From contig VRVR01000024.1 of NCBI GenBank assembly GCA_009859145.1, positions 1 to 56,547 of the forward strand: 56,547 nucleotides of DNA, in the 5' to 3' direction. This DNA comes from Andalucia godoyi And28 (Eukaryota; Protista; Jakobida). The position numbers were made by a program, and so were the translations under genes. Within the stretch, counting starts at the first letter, position 1, and every line of letters begins with the position of its first letter. The notes under the pieces are model-generated. The model was not told where the DNA came from, did no database searches, and saw only the letters and a list, made by a program, of their open reading frames with translations. This document shows, in pieces, positions 17,573-27,024 of the stretch.

Positions 17573-20023
17573 ATGTCTTATACCCCTCGTAATACGGCGA
17601 TTCCGCGTCTTGCTGTTGGCGGACAGCCGGCCCCGACTTCTCCGATGGCTGCGGGTTCTCAGTCCGCCCGTGGACCGAGTTACAATCCAAGTTTCTTGGT
17701 TACGCCGAGCCCATCTTTTTCGAATCCCTTCCAATCAGATTTTCGGAAGCAGCAGCTTCTGCAAGCCACCAAGACCTCCAGGCCCGGACAGCTGAGCATG
17801 ACCGTGAAGGATGCAACTGGTGCAGTTCCAGAGTCTCCAACGGCAGCTCAGTCGTATTCTCCTCCAAAGTCGAACCGTTCGATGGACAACGGCTCGACAT
17901 TGAACACGGCACGGACGGATGCAACGCGTGGTACGGTAGTGTCGCACTACGAAGCGACTGGAAACTTGGCGACTGGTCCTGTTTTACAATTTGAAGGATA
18001 CTTTACGGAAAACGTGACCGAGTCCAAAGATGAGAGTCTGCGTGTTCGGACTGTCGGAATCCAGTACTTCTTGGCAGATGGCACCGTTCAGATTCGAGAA
18101 AAGTCGCATTCCAATTCGGGAATGGCTGGCGGAAGGATCCTGAAACGCCAGCGCGTTCTCAAATGGGACACAGGCATGCCCGTTGAGTATTCTGATTTCA
18201 ACGTCGGTGCAGAGTTGTCAATTTACGGAGTTCGCTATCATTTGGTGTCGTGTGACGCGTTCTCTCGTAACTTTTTGGAAGAACAGGGCATCCAAGTTCC
18301 TGGCAATGAAAAGATGCCCACGGGCCAGTACGATGCGAAGCGCTCGCAGATTGAAAATCACGCTGCAATTCGCCCTCGTGCCGAGCCGTTTAATGACAAT
18401 CTCATACGTTTCTTGAACAACGACAAGGTTGTTTTGCGGTTTTTTGCCTTGTGGGACGATCGACGCCGCACTGGAGGCGCTCTTCACAATCTCGTGTTGT
18501 CGTTCTACGTGCAGGACGAAACTCTCGAGGTTGCCGATATGTTTTTCAACGAATTCTCGAAAAGGTACTCCAGCCAGGCGCTTCTTCGCCGCCAAAAGGT
18601 GCCCCGCGATCCGAAATCGCTGGAGAAACAGACGAATCTTGTCACTGCGTTGTCCCCTCGACGAAACGAGGAAAACAAGAAGATGTACGTGACAGCGAAG
18701 GATCTGATGGTTGGTCATTTGGTCGATCTTCTCGGAAGAAAGATCCTCATTTATGACGCCTCCGCGGAGACGCGCAGATACTTTTCTGAAGTGCTTGGCG
18801 TCTCTGCCGACTTAATGCAACCTCTTGAATCGGCTCTGGATCTCGTGGAGGGCAACACAGTGTCAGATGCACTCACTGCGGCAGAGTCCGGGGAAGATAT
18901 TTCCCGCTCCGTGCCAACCCAACCGTATCCTGAGTACACTGGGTATGGAACAGAAGCCGACTCCATGCAGTCCGTAAAGACGCTGCATCCACAGGCACCG
19001 CGAATCAACGAGAACAAGCGAATGAAGTACGGAAATACGTCCTTGAATTTCGTGGCGGAACTCGCAGACCCTCCTTTGTTGTCGGATATCAGTGATGCGC
19101 GTGATCCATGGCAGGACAAGAGAAAATTCTCCATCCGATTCTATCTGGCGACGGACGAGATTGTGGTGACAGAAGCGTTTATTGACGGTGGTGTTGGTGG
19201 AATCTGCCTGTCTCGACGAACTGTGGAATTACCAGGAAACCGCTCGCTCACGTACACGATTCACGATTTTGCCATTGGAAAGGTCATCGATCTCAACCAG
19301 CGGCGCTACAAGATTGTGAACTCGGATGCTGCAACTGCGCGATTCATTGTCTCGGAGGAGATTCGGAAGGAAGCCGAGGACAATCTGCAGTCTGCAATTT
19401 CGGTGTTCGATAGGGTTCTCAGGGCGATGCCGTCTCCTGTGGTGCGTTTGCAGTGGCTGACATCTCTGTTGCAAAAGGTCTCTGCGGAAGTCATCACTGG
19501 AGATGAACTTCGGGCATTGTGTGTGCAGCACAAAGTCGAGCTCCGGGATGAACAGCTGTCCAGTCTCTTGAGGAAGTATGGGGAAAGTGTTGGTGTGCTG
19601 AACGTGCGTGCCTTTATTGAAGATATCTCAAAGCGAAACTCTGTGCCGGTTTCTGGTCTTCCGACTGCGCGCAGCTTGCTGAAGGCCTCCACAACCTCCG
19701 CCGCAGACGAGGAGCGCATGGCGGTATTGCAAGATTCGGCACGAAGACAGGCAAAGTTCAAGGCGGCATTCAAAGTGTTGCGAGATGCAATATTCTACCG
19801 AGGAAACCACATTTTGCACCTCTTCAAGAAGGAGGATGCTCGTGCTCACGGCATCATTCCAGTCCGTGTTCTTCACAAGGCCCTCCAGGCTGCAGGAGTG
19901 TCTATTACCGCCGATGCACTGCTTCATGTCCTGAAGGAGTTTGCGTTGATTGAAGAATCGGCAGACGAAAATCAGACTGTGTCATACACTCGCTTCCTTG
20001 AAAGTGTTGAGCATTACGGATAG
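17573..20023 (+). CDS. EFHC: EFHC1/2 (Rib72)-like axonemal microtubule inner protein: three DM10 domains plus C-terminal EF-hand-like region
   Basis: DM10 motifs VLQFEGYF...YFLADGTVQIRE...SGMAGGRILKR; KVVLRFFALWDD...FYVQDETLEV; LNFVAEL...RKFSIRFYLATDEIVV. ATG 17573 chosen because the upstream part of the ORF is T-rich UTR. Confidence 0.9.
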   Translation: MSYTPRNTAIPRLAVGGQPAPTSPMAAGSQSARGPSYNPSFLVTPSPSFSNPFQSDFRKQQLLQATKTSRPGQLSMTVKDATGAVPESPTAAQSYSPPKSNRSMDNGSTLNTARTDATRGTVVSHYEATGNLATGPVLQFEGYFTENVTESKDESLRVRTVGIQYFLADGTVQIREKSHSNSGMAGGRILKRQRVLKWDTGMPVEYSDFNVGAELSIYGVRYHLVSCDAFSRNFLEEQGIQVPGNEKMPTGQYDAKRSQIENHAAIRPRAEPFNDNLIRFLNNDKVVLRFFALWDDRRRTGGALHNLVLSFYVQDETLEVADMFFNEFSKRYSSQALLRRQKVPRDPKSLEKQTNLVTALSPRRNEENKKMYVTAKDLMVGHLVDLLGRKILIYDASAETRRYFSEVLGVSADLMQPLESALDLVEGNTVSDALTAAESGEDISRSVPTQPYPEYTGYGTEADSMQSVKTLHPQAPRINENKRMKYGNTSLNFVAELADPPLLSDISDARDPWQDKRKFSIRFYLATDEIVVTEAFIDGGVGGICLSRRTVELPGNRSLTYTIHDFAIGKVIDLNQRRYKIVNSDAATARFIVSEEIRKEAEDNLQSAISVFDRVLRAMPSPVVRLQWLTSLLQKVSAEVITGDELRALCVQHKVELRDEQLSSLLRKYGESVGVLNVRAFIEDISKRNSVPVSGLPTARSLLKASTTSAADEERMAVLQDSARRQAKFKAAFKVLRDAIFYRGNHILHLFKKEDARAHGIIPVRVLHKALQAAGVSITADALLHVLKEFALIEESADENQTVSYTRFLESVEHYG

Positions 20024-20181
20024 TGCGGTGGTTGTTTGCGTGTTTCCTTTTCACCTTACTCTCGTCTCTTTCCTGTGATGATGATCATGATGTGTAGCAT
20101 AAATAACGTCAGTTTGTGGTATGAATCGTCAAAACAGCAGCCACAACCGCAGCGCTCACCGGCGATCCAACTGCCACGACA

Positions 20182-21330
20182 TCAGGAAGCTGGAAACAGA
20201 ATATCGGCGAAAAATGGATGTCGCAAAGCAGCTTCTGCAGTAATCCTCTGAGCAGGATTGATTTGCAGAAACTGCGAAAGAAAATTGCGAGTCGTCTCCA
20301 ATTGCTGCGTGTTCATTGCCACCTCCACCTGACCACCTCCGGCCCCGCCACCACCCCGCAGCTCGTTGAGCAGTCGGTCGTGGCTCAGTGCAGGAAATGG
20401 CGGCAAAGCATTTGCCTCACCGAGAGCCGCGCGGTAATTCTGAAGATGCTCCATCTCCGGCCATTGCTGAGATGTTGGCTTCCCAAGAATGAGGAAAATA
20501 CGGTGAAGCTGGTCAATGTGCAGCTGATCGATGTTGTCCTTATGCGATGCGACAAATAAGAGTCGTCCTCCGCGGAAGAACTGCGCAAAAATGCATCCAA
20601 CTGCCCACATGTCGACAGCCGGTCCGTAATGCTTTGCTCCAAGCAGCAGCTCGGGAGCTCTCCAGTAAAGAGACACAACTATGCCGTCGCAGTGCAAGGG
20701 ATGCAACGGCTGAAAATACTGACGCGCGAGCCCAAAGTCTGTAATTTTGATGCAATCCATTCTCGTGTTCAGCGTCCTAACAACGTCCTGGGACTCGGAA
20801 CAAAAAAGAATGTTCCCTGGCTTCAAATCGCGATGAAAAATCCCCAGCGAATGCAGATACTGCACACCCGACAGGATCTGGTACATCATGCGCTTCACGG
20901 TTTTGAGCTCCAGGGTCACGTTTTTCAAATACGTCGTCTTCTTTGTATCGAACAGGTTTGTCAAATCCGTCATCGCCTTTTCCATGACGAGATAAGCACT
21001 TCCTGTGTCCGGAACGAGCATGAAGTCGTACACACGAACAATGTTTGGGTGATTAAGCTGAAGCAAAAATGCAAACTCGCGAGTTGCGGACCGCGGAATT
21101 CCTTCCCATATAGGAGAAGACTCTTTTTCCTTCTCGTCTTGAGAATCTGGCTTCGCTTGCGCCTTTGGCTTCTTGAAAAACTCCTTCAATGCAAACACCT
21201 GCTCGGTGGGTTTGTGGCGAACAAGACTCACTTGTCCATACGTCCCGTGTCCCAGAGGCTGTATGATTTCATACTGATCTATTCTGGAACGCTCCCTCTC
21301 AATGATCTGTTGTCTGAATTCCGAATTCAT
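20182..21330 (-). CDS. CDK8: Cyclin-dependent kinase, CDK8/CDKE-like
   Basis: LGHGTYGQV; ALKEF; GIPRSATREFAFLLQLNHPNIV; HRDLKPGNIL; ITDFGLARQYFQPLHPLHCDGIVV; RAPELLLGAKHYGPAVDMWAVGCIFA; DQLHRIFLILGKP. Confidence 0.8.
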   Translation of the reverse strand: MNSEFRQQIIERERSRIDQYEIIQPLGHGTYGQVSLVRHKPTEQVFALKEFFKKPKAQAKPDSQDEKEKESSPIWEGIPRSATREFAFLLQLNHPNIVRVYDFMLVPDTGSAYLVMEKAMTDLTNLFDTKKTTYLKNVTLELKTVKRMMYQILSGVQYLHSLGIFHRDLKPGNILFCSESQDVVRTLNTRMDCIKITDFGLARQYFQPLHPLHCDGIVVSLYWRAPELLLGAKHYGPAVDMWAVGCIFAQFFRGGRLLFVASHKDNIDQLHIDQLHRIFLILGKPTSQQWPEMEHLQNYRAALGEANALPPFPALSHDRLLNELRGGGGAGGGQVEVAMNTQQLETTRNFLSQFLQINPAQRITAEAALRHPFFADILFPAS

Positions 21331-21518
21331 GTCGCTCTGTGCGATAGTCGCGTGATTGAACCACAGGAAAGGAAATCACGGAAAAGCTTTCTTCATGTTG
21401 CGTGTCTACTACGCTCGTCCCTCAATAAAACCAAAACAAAAACAAAAAAAAAACAGGTGAAACTCAAGCATCTCAACAAAACAAAACACAAAGCACACAG
21501 TAAAAAACGGGAACGAGT

Positions 21519-21520
<2 letters not shown>

Positions 21521-21577
<57 letters not shown>
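21521..21577. repeat. (ATT)19 microsatellite between XPB and the CDK
   Basis: Perfect trinucleotide run read directly from the sequence. Confidence 0.95.
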
Positions 21578-21587
21578 TTAAAAGTCA

Positions 21588-23316
21588 TCACTTGTTCTTT
21601 TTGAAACGCTTGGCAAAGAGTGGATGACGGTTCAGCCGCTGTTTTGTGGTCACCAACTCCCGGCGATCCTTGTTTGCATTCTCGCTACCATACTCCATGT
21701 AGACCATGTCACCCGCACCCGAGAGATCGGACATGCTCCCTTTCTTCCTGTGCACCTGCATGGACTGCGAATCGACATCATCTTCTGGGTCCCTATCTTC
21801 TGGCAACTCTTCAGCAGCAGCCTCCGATCGGGAGAGCTGACGGACTTTCGCTAGCCAGACCAGCTGCTCGTCCTTCGAGGAGAGCTGCAAGTTATCCGGA
21901 AACAAGGCCTCCAGGCCACTAATCACCCGGAAGGCATAGCCTTGATCAACCAGGAACTGCTGGCGTTTCGCAGAAAACTGCATTTCCTTCGTGTCGCACG
22001 ATACCAACGTATAGAAGAACGCATTGTAGCTTAATTTCTGCTGCCGTTCACGCCGCGAATCCGACGATGAGGCCTGCAATTGCACTTGCTGCTGCTTCGG
22101 ACGTAAGATCCGGCCAAGGCGCTGTGCCTCCTGGCGACGGGAACCAAAATGCGAGGCAATCTGGATAATGACATTGGCTTCGGGGAGATCAATTGACGTG
22201 TCACCTACACGACTGAGTAAGATCGTTCGGCAATCCGGAGACGTACGGAATTTCGCAAGAACCTTCTCCTTCTCTTCGTCTGAACAACGAGAATCTATAA
22301 ACGGCGCATTCAGCCGCTTGGCGTACTCCTTCAGCACAAACAGATTATCAGAGAAGACAATGATCTTGTCGTTGTTCATGGCGTGAAAGCGGACAAGAAA
22401 TTCGCATGCTCGGAATTTGTTCGGATTCAGCCAGAACAAGAGCTTTTGCATCGCAGAATCCTTCACGGAGATGTACTCGGCAAAAAACTCCGGGGTCATC
22501 GGGCACCAAACTTCATTGCACTGGACAGCAGCAAGGTAGCCACTGTGCTGCAAGTCCAGCCAGTTGGCCTCGTACAGCTTCGGTCCAATCAAAAAATTTA
22601 AATCGTCGATCAATTCGTCTTCTCGAACCAGCGTCGCCGATAAACCAAGCTTGCAATGCGCAGACACCATACCAATAACCTTGGAGAAGTTCCTCGCGGG
22701 AACCACATGCACCTCGTCCATTAACAAAAGTCCCCATTCCCGGGAACGGATCTGGTCCAAAACGAGCTGTGTGTCAAAGGAACGCTTGCCGGGTGCCGTG
22801 AGCATCGAAAACGTCGTCAACACCACTTGCGGCTTGTCGGGAGAATCAAGAGGAATTTTGGCGTGCGATGTAAAACAAACTATTCGAGATCGCTCTACCG
22901 TGGACCATTTCAAAAACTGTTCAGCCCATTGTCGAACAGAAACATTGTTCGTGCACAAGACAAGAGTACTCTTCTTGATCGTAACTGTGGCGGTGATTCC
23001 TACAAGAGTTTTCCCAGCACCGCAAGGCAAAACAATAATACCCGAACGTGCTCGGTTGCCGTGGAACATTTTGCTCAGGGATGTTGCCTGATACGACCGA
23101 ATTCGCGTGGCAGACTTAAGATCCATATCCAGAACCGCATTGACGGTGTCATGCGAAAAATCGTATTCTTCATTTGTAGGATAACCTAAATTCAAGCACT
23201 GCTGCCGAACCTTCACAACACCGAGTTTCCGGAGCTCCACGCAATATCTCCGCTTGCTTCGCCACTTGTCTCCTTGATGAGCGGACACTTCGTCTTCGTC
23301 GTCGTCGTCGTCGTCG

Positions 23317-23357
<41 letters not shown>

Positions 23358-24254
23358 GCCTTTTCCGCCACTATCATAGTTCTGCACGCTGCCCTTTTTG
23401 CTTGCAGTCTCGATCTTCTCCGTGTGCGAAAGCAGTGTCCTTTCTGCTTCGGATTGCTCCTGGTGCTCCTCTCTCTCCTTGACTAGAAATCCGGTTTCCG
23501 CGTCCAAGTGTGCCTTGCCCTTGTAAAACGAAAGAATTTCCTCCGAGACTCCGGCCACAAAACACGACTCTGGGAACTGCAGGACGGGTGCACTCAAGAT
23601 GGTTTTGAGCAACTCAGCGTCAGTAGACTCGATGAAGTAATGATTGCGCTCCAGCACGATTTTCACCTTTCCAAACCTCGAGCAGCATTCTTGGACGTAC
23701 GAGGTAACTTCTGAAGTGAGTTCCACTTTGGAGATCTTGTTCAGCGTGCCGATAATTTCGCTCGCATCCAACCCAGAAGATGCTGCTGCGAACAACGAGT
23801 ACTTTGTCATCGCATACTCTTGAATGTACAGCGGACGACTCACAGGCTCGGCAATTGCCACCAGAAAGTCATACGCAGACTTGTACACCCGAGGAGAGAC
23901 AAAGGTTTCCAGAAAAATGTGGCAATTTGGGCACACCCAAGCAGGACGACTTGCGTGATCCTTCTTCAGAACAACACTCTTGAAATCAAAAAACGCATCC
24001 GCAACTTCCGGTGCCTGCGCAACAGCTTCTGCAACGCCGCTGGATTCTTTGAACTTGGACACGGAAAACTGCAAATCCTCTACTTCTGCTGGAGCGTCCG
24101 TGTACTCCGCGTCTTTCGCGCTGGAGCGCCGTGGTCTCTTCGCAGGTTTCGCGACAATGCCCGAATCCGCAGAATTGTCGCTCATGGCGTCAAAATCATC
24201 CTCATCTTCAAGAACTCTCTTGTTGATTCGCGCGGTTTTCGATGACGCAGACAT
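21588..24254 (-). CDS. XPB: TFIIH XPB DNA helicase (ERCC3/Ssl2/Rad25)
   Basis: AYDFLVAIAEPVSRP; RSGIIVLPCGAGKTLVG; LLMDEVHVVPA; LGLSATLVREDE; SIDLPEANVIIQIASHFGSRRQEAQRLGRILR. Contains an N14/D-rich insertion encoded by an (AAC)/(GAC) repeat near 23290-23357. Confidence 0.97.
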
Positions 24255-24746
24255 CTTGGATTAATGTGTGTTTTTCCCAGAAGAAGAAAAAAAGAAAGCG
24301 AGAGGAGTTTAAAAAAGAAAAACTAATAGTGTTTTGGGTTCGGGACAACAAAAAAAATGAAATGATCTTAAAAGGGAGAGCGACCGCGGTCGTAGGGGCC
24401 ATGATGTTTTTATGTGAGTCCGCACGTTCCTTCCACATCACTGCATCAAGTGAGGAGAACGATGGATGCTATGCATCCCCTCGATCGATCCTTCAAGTGC
24501 TTGTTGAAGTGAAATGCTCCGCAGGTGTTTTTGCCCTTTTAGCGCTTTGCAAAATCTGCAGATGGAAAAGGCATGGGAGGCCGCAGAAAAGCAGACTGGT
24601 GAATGATGATGATGATGAAGAAGAAGATGATGATGATGATATTCGTTTGTTTATTTTGTTTTATTTTTTATTTTTAAAAACTCGCATTTCACTTGATTAT
24701 TGTTTGTTTTGGTTTGCAACACTGCGCTGCAACAATCATCACCAGT

Positions 24747-26660
24747 ATGGAAAAGTTTCCGATCGACCTTTCTGCCTTGAAGCCGCTAAAGCTGGATCCG
24801 AGTGTTGCCTCACTTACGGAGGAGCAAAAACTGGTGCTCGAACACAACGTCCAATTGTGCCGCGATGCAATTGTGTTCTTCACGGCACTTGCTGGCGCCC
24901 GCGGGCTCTCTGGCCACACTGGAGGAGCATTCGACACTGTCCCGGAGGTCATGATCCTTCGAGCATTCATCGCCGGAGGTGCACCGATTGTGCCGGTCAT
25001 TTACGATGAAGCCGGTCACCGCGTTGCAACTCAATATTTGCTGTCTGTGCTGGACGGCCATATGCCAGCCGAGAGGCTGCTGCACTACCGTGAGTACAAC
25101 TCGGGGCTCCCTGGGCATCCTGAAAAAATGCTGACTCCTGGAGTGGAGTTCTCATCAGGACGCCTGGGCCACATGTGGGCATTTTGCAACGGAGTGGCTC
25201 TGGCAAACCCAGGAAAATGTGTCATTCTCCTGGGTTCTGACGGATCCCAGATGGAAGGAGACAATGCAGAAGCTGCCCGTCTCGCAGTTGGCAAGCAGCT
25301 TGCCGTCAAGTGCATCATTGACGACAACAACGTAACAATTGCCGGACATCCGCAGGAGTATATGGTAGGCTACGACTTGACAAAGACTCTCGCAGGCTAC
25401 GGATTGGTCACGGAGACCGTGATGGGAGAGGATCTCAGTCAGTTGTACACGGATTTAGCACGAGCTTTCAATGACCTGAGACCGCACGCACTGATCGTCA
25501 AGCGCGCGATGGCACCTGGGATCGAAGGCGCAGAAGGAAGTCCTCACGCACACGAGGTCCTCAAGGTTGACACCGCGATCAAGTATCTTGAGAAACGAGG
25601 CGCCGGAACATATGCAAAAGCCATCGAAATGTTGAAGAACGCAAAGGCGGACAAGAGCACGCTCAGTTACAAGGGGTCTTCAGGCGCTGGAAAGAACCGC
25701 GACGATTTTGGGAAGATAGTCAATGAGATTCTCGAAAGCATGACACCTGAGGAGCGGCTTGCATCCGTGCGAGTGTTTGACAATGATCTCGAAGGATCAT
25801 GCGGATTGGTTCACATCCGAAAGAGATTTCCAGATATCTTCATTCGAGGAGGAATCATGGAGCGCGGGAACTTCTCGGCAGCAGCTGGCTTCGGATCTTC
25901 CGCTGGGAAGCAAGGAATCTACGCAACGTTCAGCGCGTTTCTTGAAATGTGTGTGAGCGAGATCACGATGTCTCGCCTTAACTTCTCAAACGTTCTCTCG
26001 CATTTCAGTCATTCGGGGGTGGATGACATGGCAGATAACACTTGCCACTTCGGCATCAACTCAATGTTTGCCGACGGTGGTGTTCAACCGAGCCACGGTG
26101 AGGATCAAACGCGGCTGTACTTTCCGGTCGACCAGCACCAATTTGCAGCTTGCATCAAGACCATCTTCAGGGATCCTGGTTTGCGTTTCGTCTTCTCCAC
26201 GCGTGCACCAGTTCCCGACATCCTGGATGAGGATGGAAGCCCCCTTTACCAAGGGAAGCCGTTTGAGGTCGGAAAGGATTCGATTGTTCGTGAAGCGCCA
26301 GCCGGTGGCGGATACGTTGTGTCCTTCGGCGAGGCCGTCTACCGCTCGCTTGATGCTGTTATTACCCTCAGAGAACAAGGAGTCAAAATCGGGTTGGTCA
26401 ACAAGCCGACTCTCAATGTGGTCGACCATGCCATGATGAAGAAGCTGGCTGCCGCACCGTTCGTGCTGGTCACGGAAGGGTGGAATGTCAAGACTGGCCT
26501 TGGCAGCCGTTTCGGCTCGTATCTGTTGCAGGCAGGCTTCAAAGGCAAGTACAACCATTTGGGTACAAGCAAGGAGGGGTCGGGCGGTCTCTGGCAGCAA
26601 ATGGGACACCAAGGCCTTGACCCAGAAGGCATTGTCAAGGCCGTCAAGGCACTGCTCTAA
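24747..26660 (+). CDS. Non-canonical transketolase-like ThDP-dependent enzyme
   Basis: GHTGG, DEAGH, LPGHPE, FSSGRLGH; ThDP motif GSDGSQMEG...DDNN; pyrimidine-binding DNDLEGSCG...GGIMERGNFSAAAGF...FSAFLEM...HFSHSGVDDMADNTCHFG. ATG at 24747. Confidence 0.85.
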   Translation: MEKFPIDLSALKPLKLDPSVASLTEEQKLVLEHNVQLCRDAIVFFTALAGARGLSGHTGGAFDTVPEVMILRAFIAGGAPIVPVIYDEAGHRVATQYLLSVLDGHMPAERLLHYREYNSGLPGHPEKMLTPGVEFSSGRLGHMWAFCNGVALANPGKCVILLGSDGSQMEGDNAEAARLAVGKQLAVKCIIDDNNVTIAGHPQEYMVGYDLTKTLAGYGLVTETVMGEDLSQLYTDLARAFNDLRPHALIVKRAMAPGIEGAEGSPHAHEVLKVDTAIKYLEKRGAGTYAKAIEMLKNAKADKSTLSYKGSSGAGKNRDDFGKIVNEILESMTPEERLASVRVFDNDLEGSCGLVHIRKRFPDIFIRGGIMERGNFSAAAGFGSSAGKQGIYATFSAFLEMCVSEITMSRLNFSNVLSHFSHSGVDDMADNTCHFGINSMFADGGVQPSHGEDQTRLYFPVDQHQFAACIKTIFRDPGLRFVFSTRAPVPDILDEDGSPLYQGKPFEVGKDSIVREAPAGGGYVVSFGEAVYRSLDAVITLREQGVKIGLVNKPTLNVVDHAMMKKLAAAPFVLVTEGWNVKTGLGSRFGSYLLQAGFKGKYNHLGTSKEGSGGLWQQMGHQGLDPEGIVKAVKALL

Positions 26661-27024
26661 GCAGCTCCAGACATTGAAACCATCCACAGAGAGTCCGAGA
26701 CGTGTGCACTTTGTGGGAGATTGAGTCTTGACCTTTTTTTGTTTGGATGTCTGTGCTTTCCTGTCGTTCTGCGAAACACTGGTAAGTAGTTACTTTTCTG
26801 AATAAACGAACAAATAAAAATTCTTTCAGTGACTCAATGATGCTTTTCAGCATTCTGCGCTCGTAGTCGAACTTCAAGTCTGTTTTCTCGATTGTCCCTA
26901 CTTGGTGCATTTTCCAAGAATCGTTTTTTGTTTTGTTTTGTTTTGTTTTGTTTTGCTGTTGTCCTTTCCTCCTCTTCTTATGATTCAATTCGCTATTATT
27001 CTTGGAGATTGAAAACCTAAAGAG

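Noticed and set aside
20629-21627. 332-aa plus ORF, and similar long ORFs at 34866-36152, 8806-9654, 42908-43684 and 47750-48571
   Set aside because: Antisense shadows of well-supported genes, extended by microsatellites (poly-Tyr, poly-His, CG repeats).
24255-24746. Possible TPP riboswitch upstream of the ThDP enzyme
   Set aside because: The conserved GCUGAGA and CCUGAU...AGGGA elements are absent; only generic short hairpins are present.
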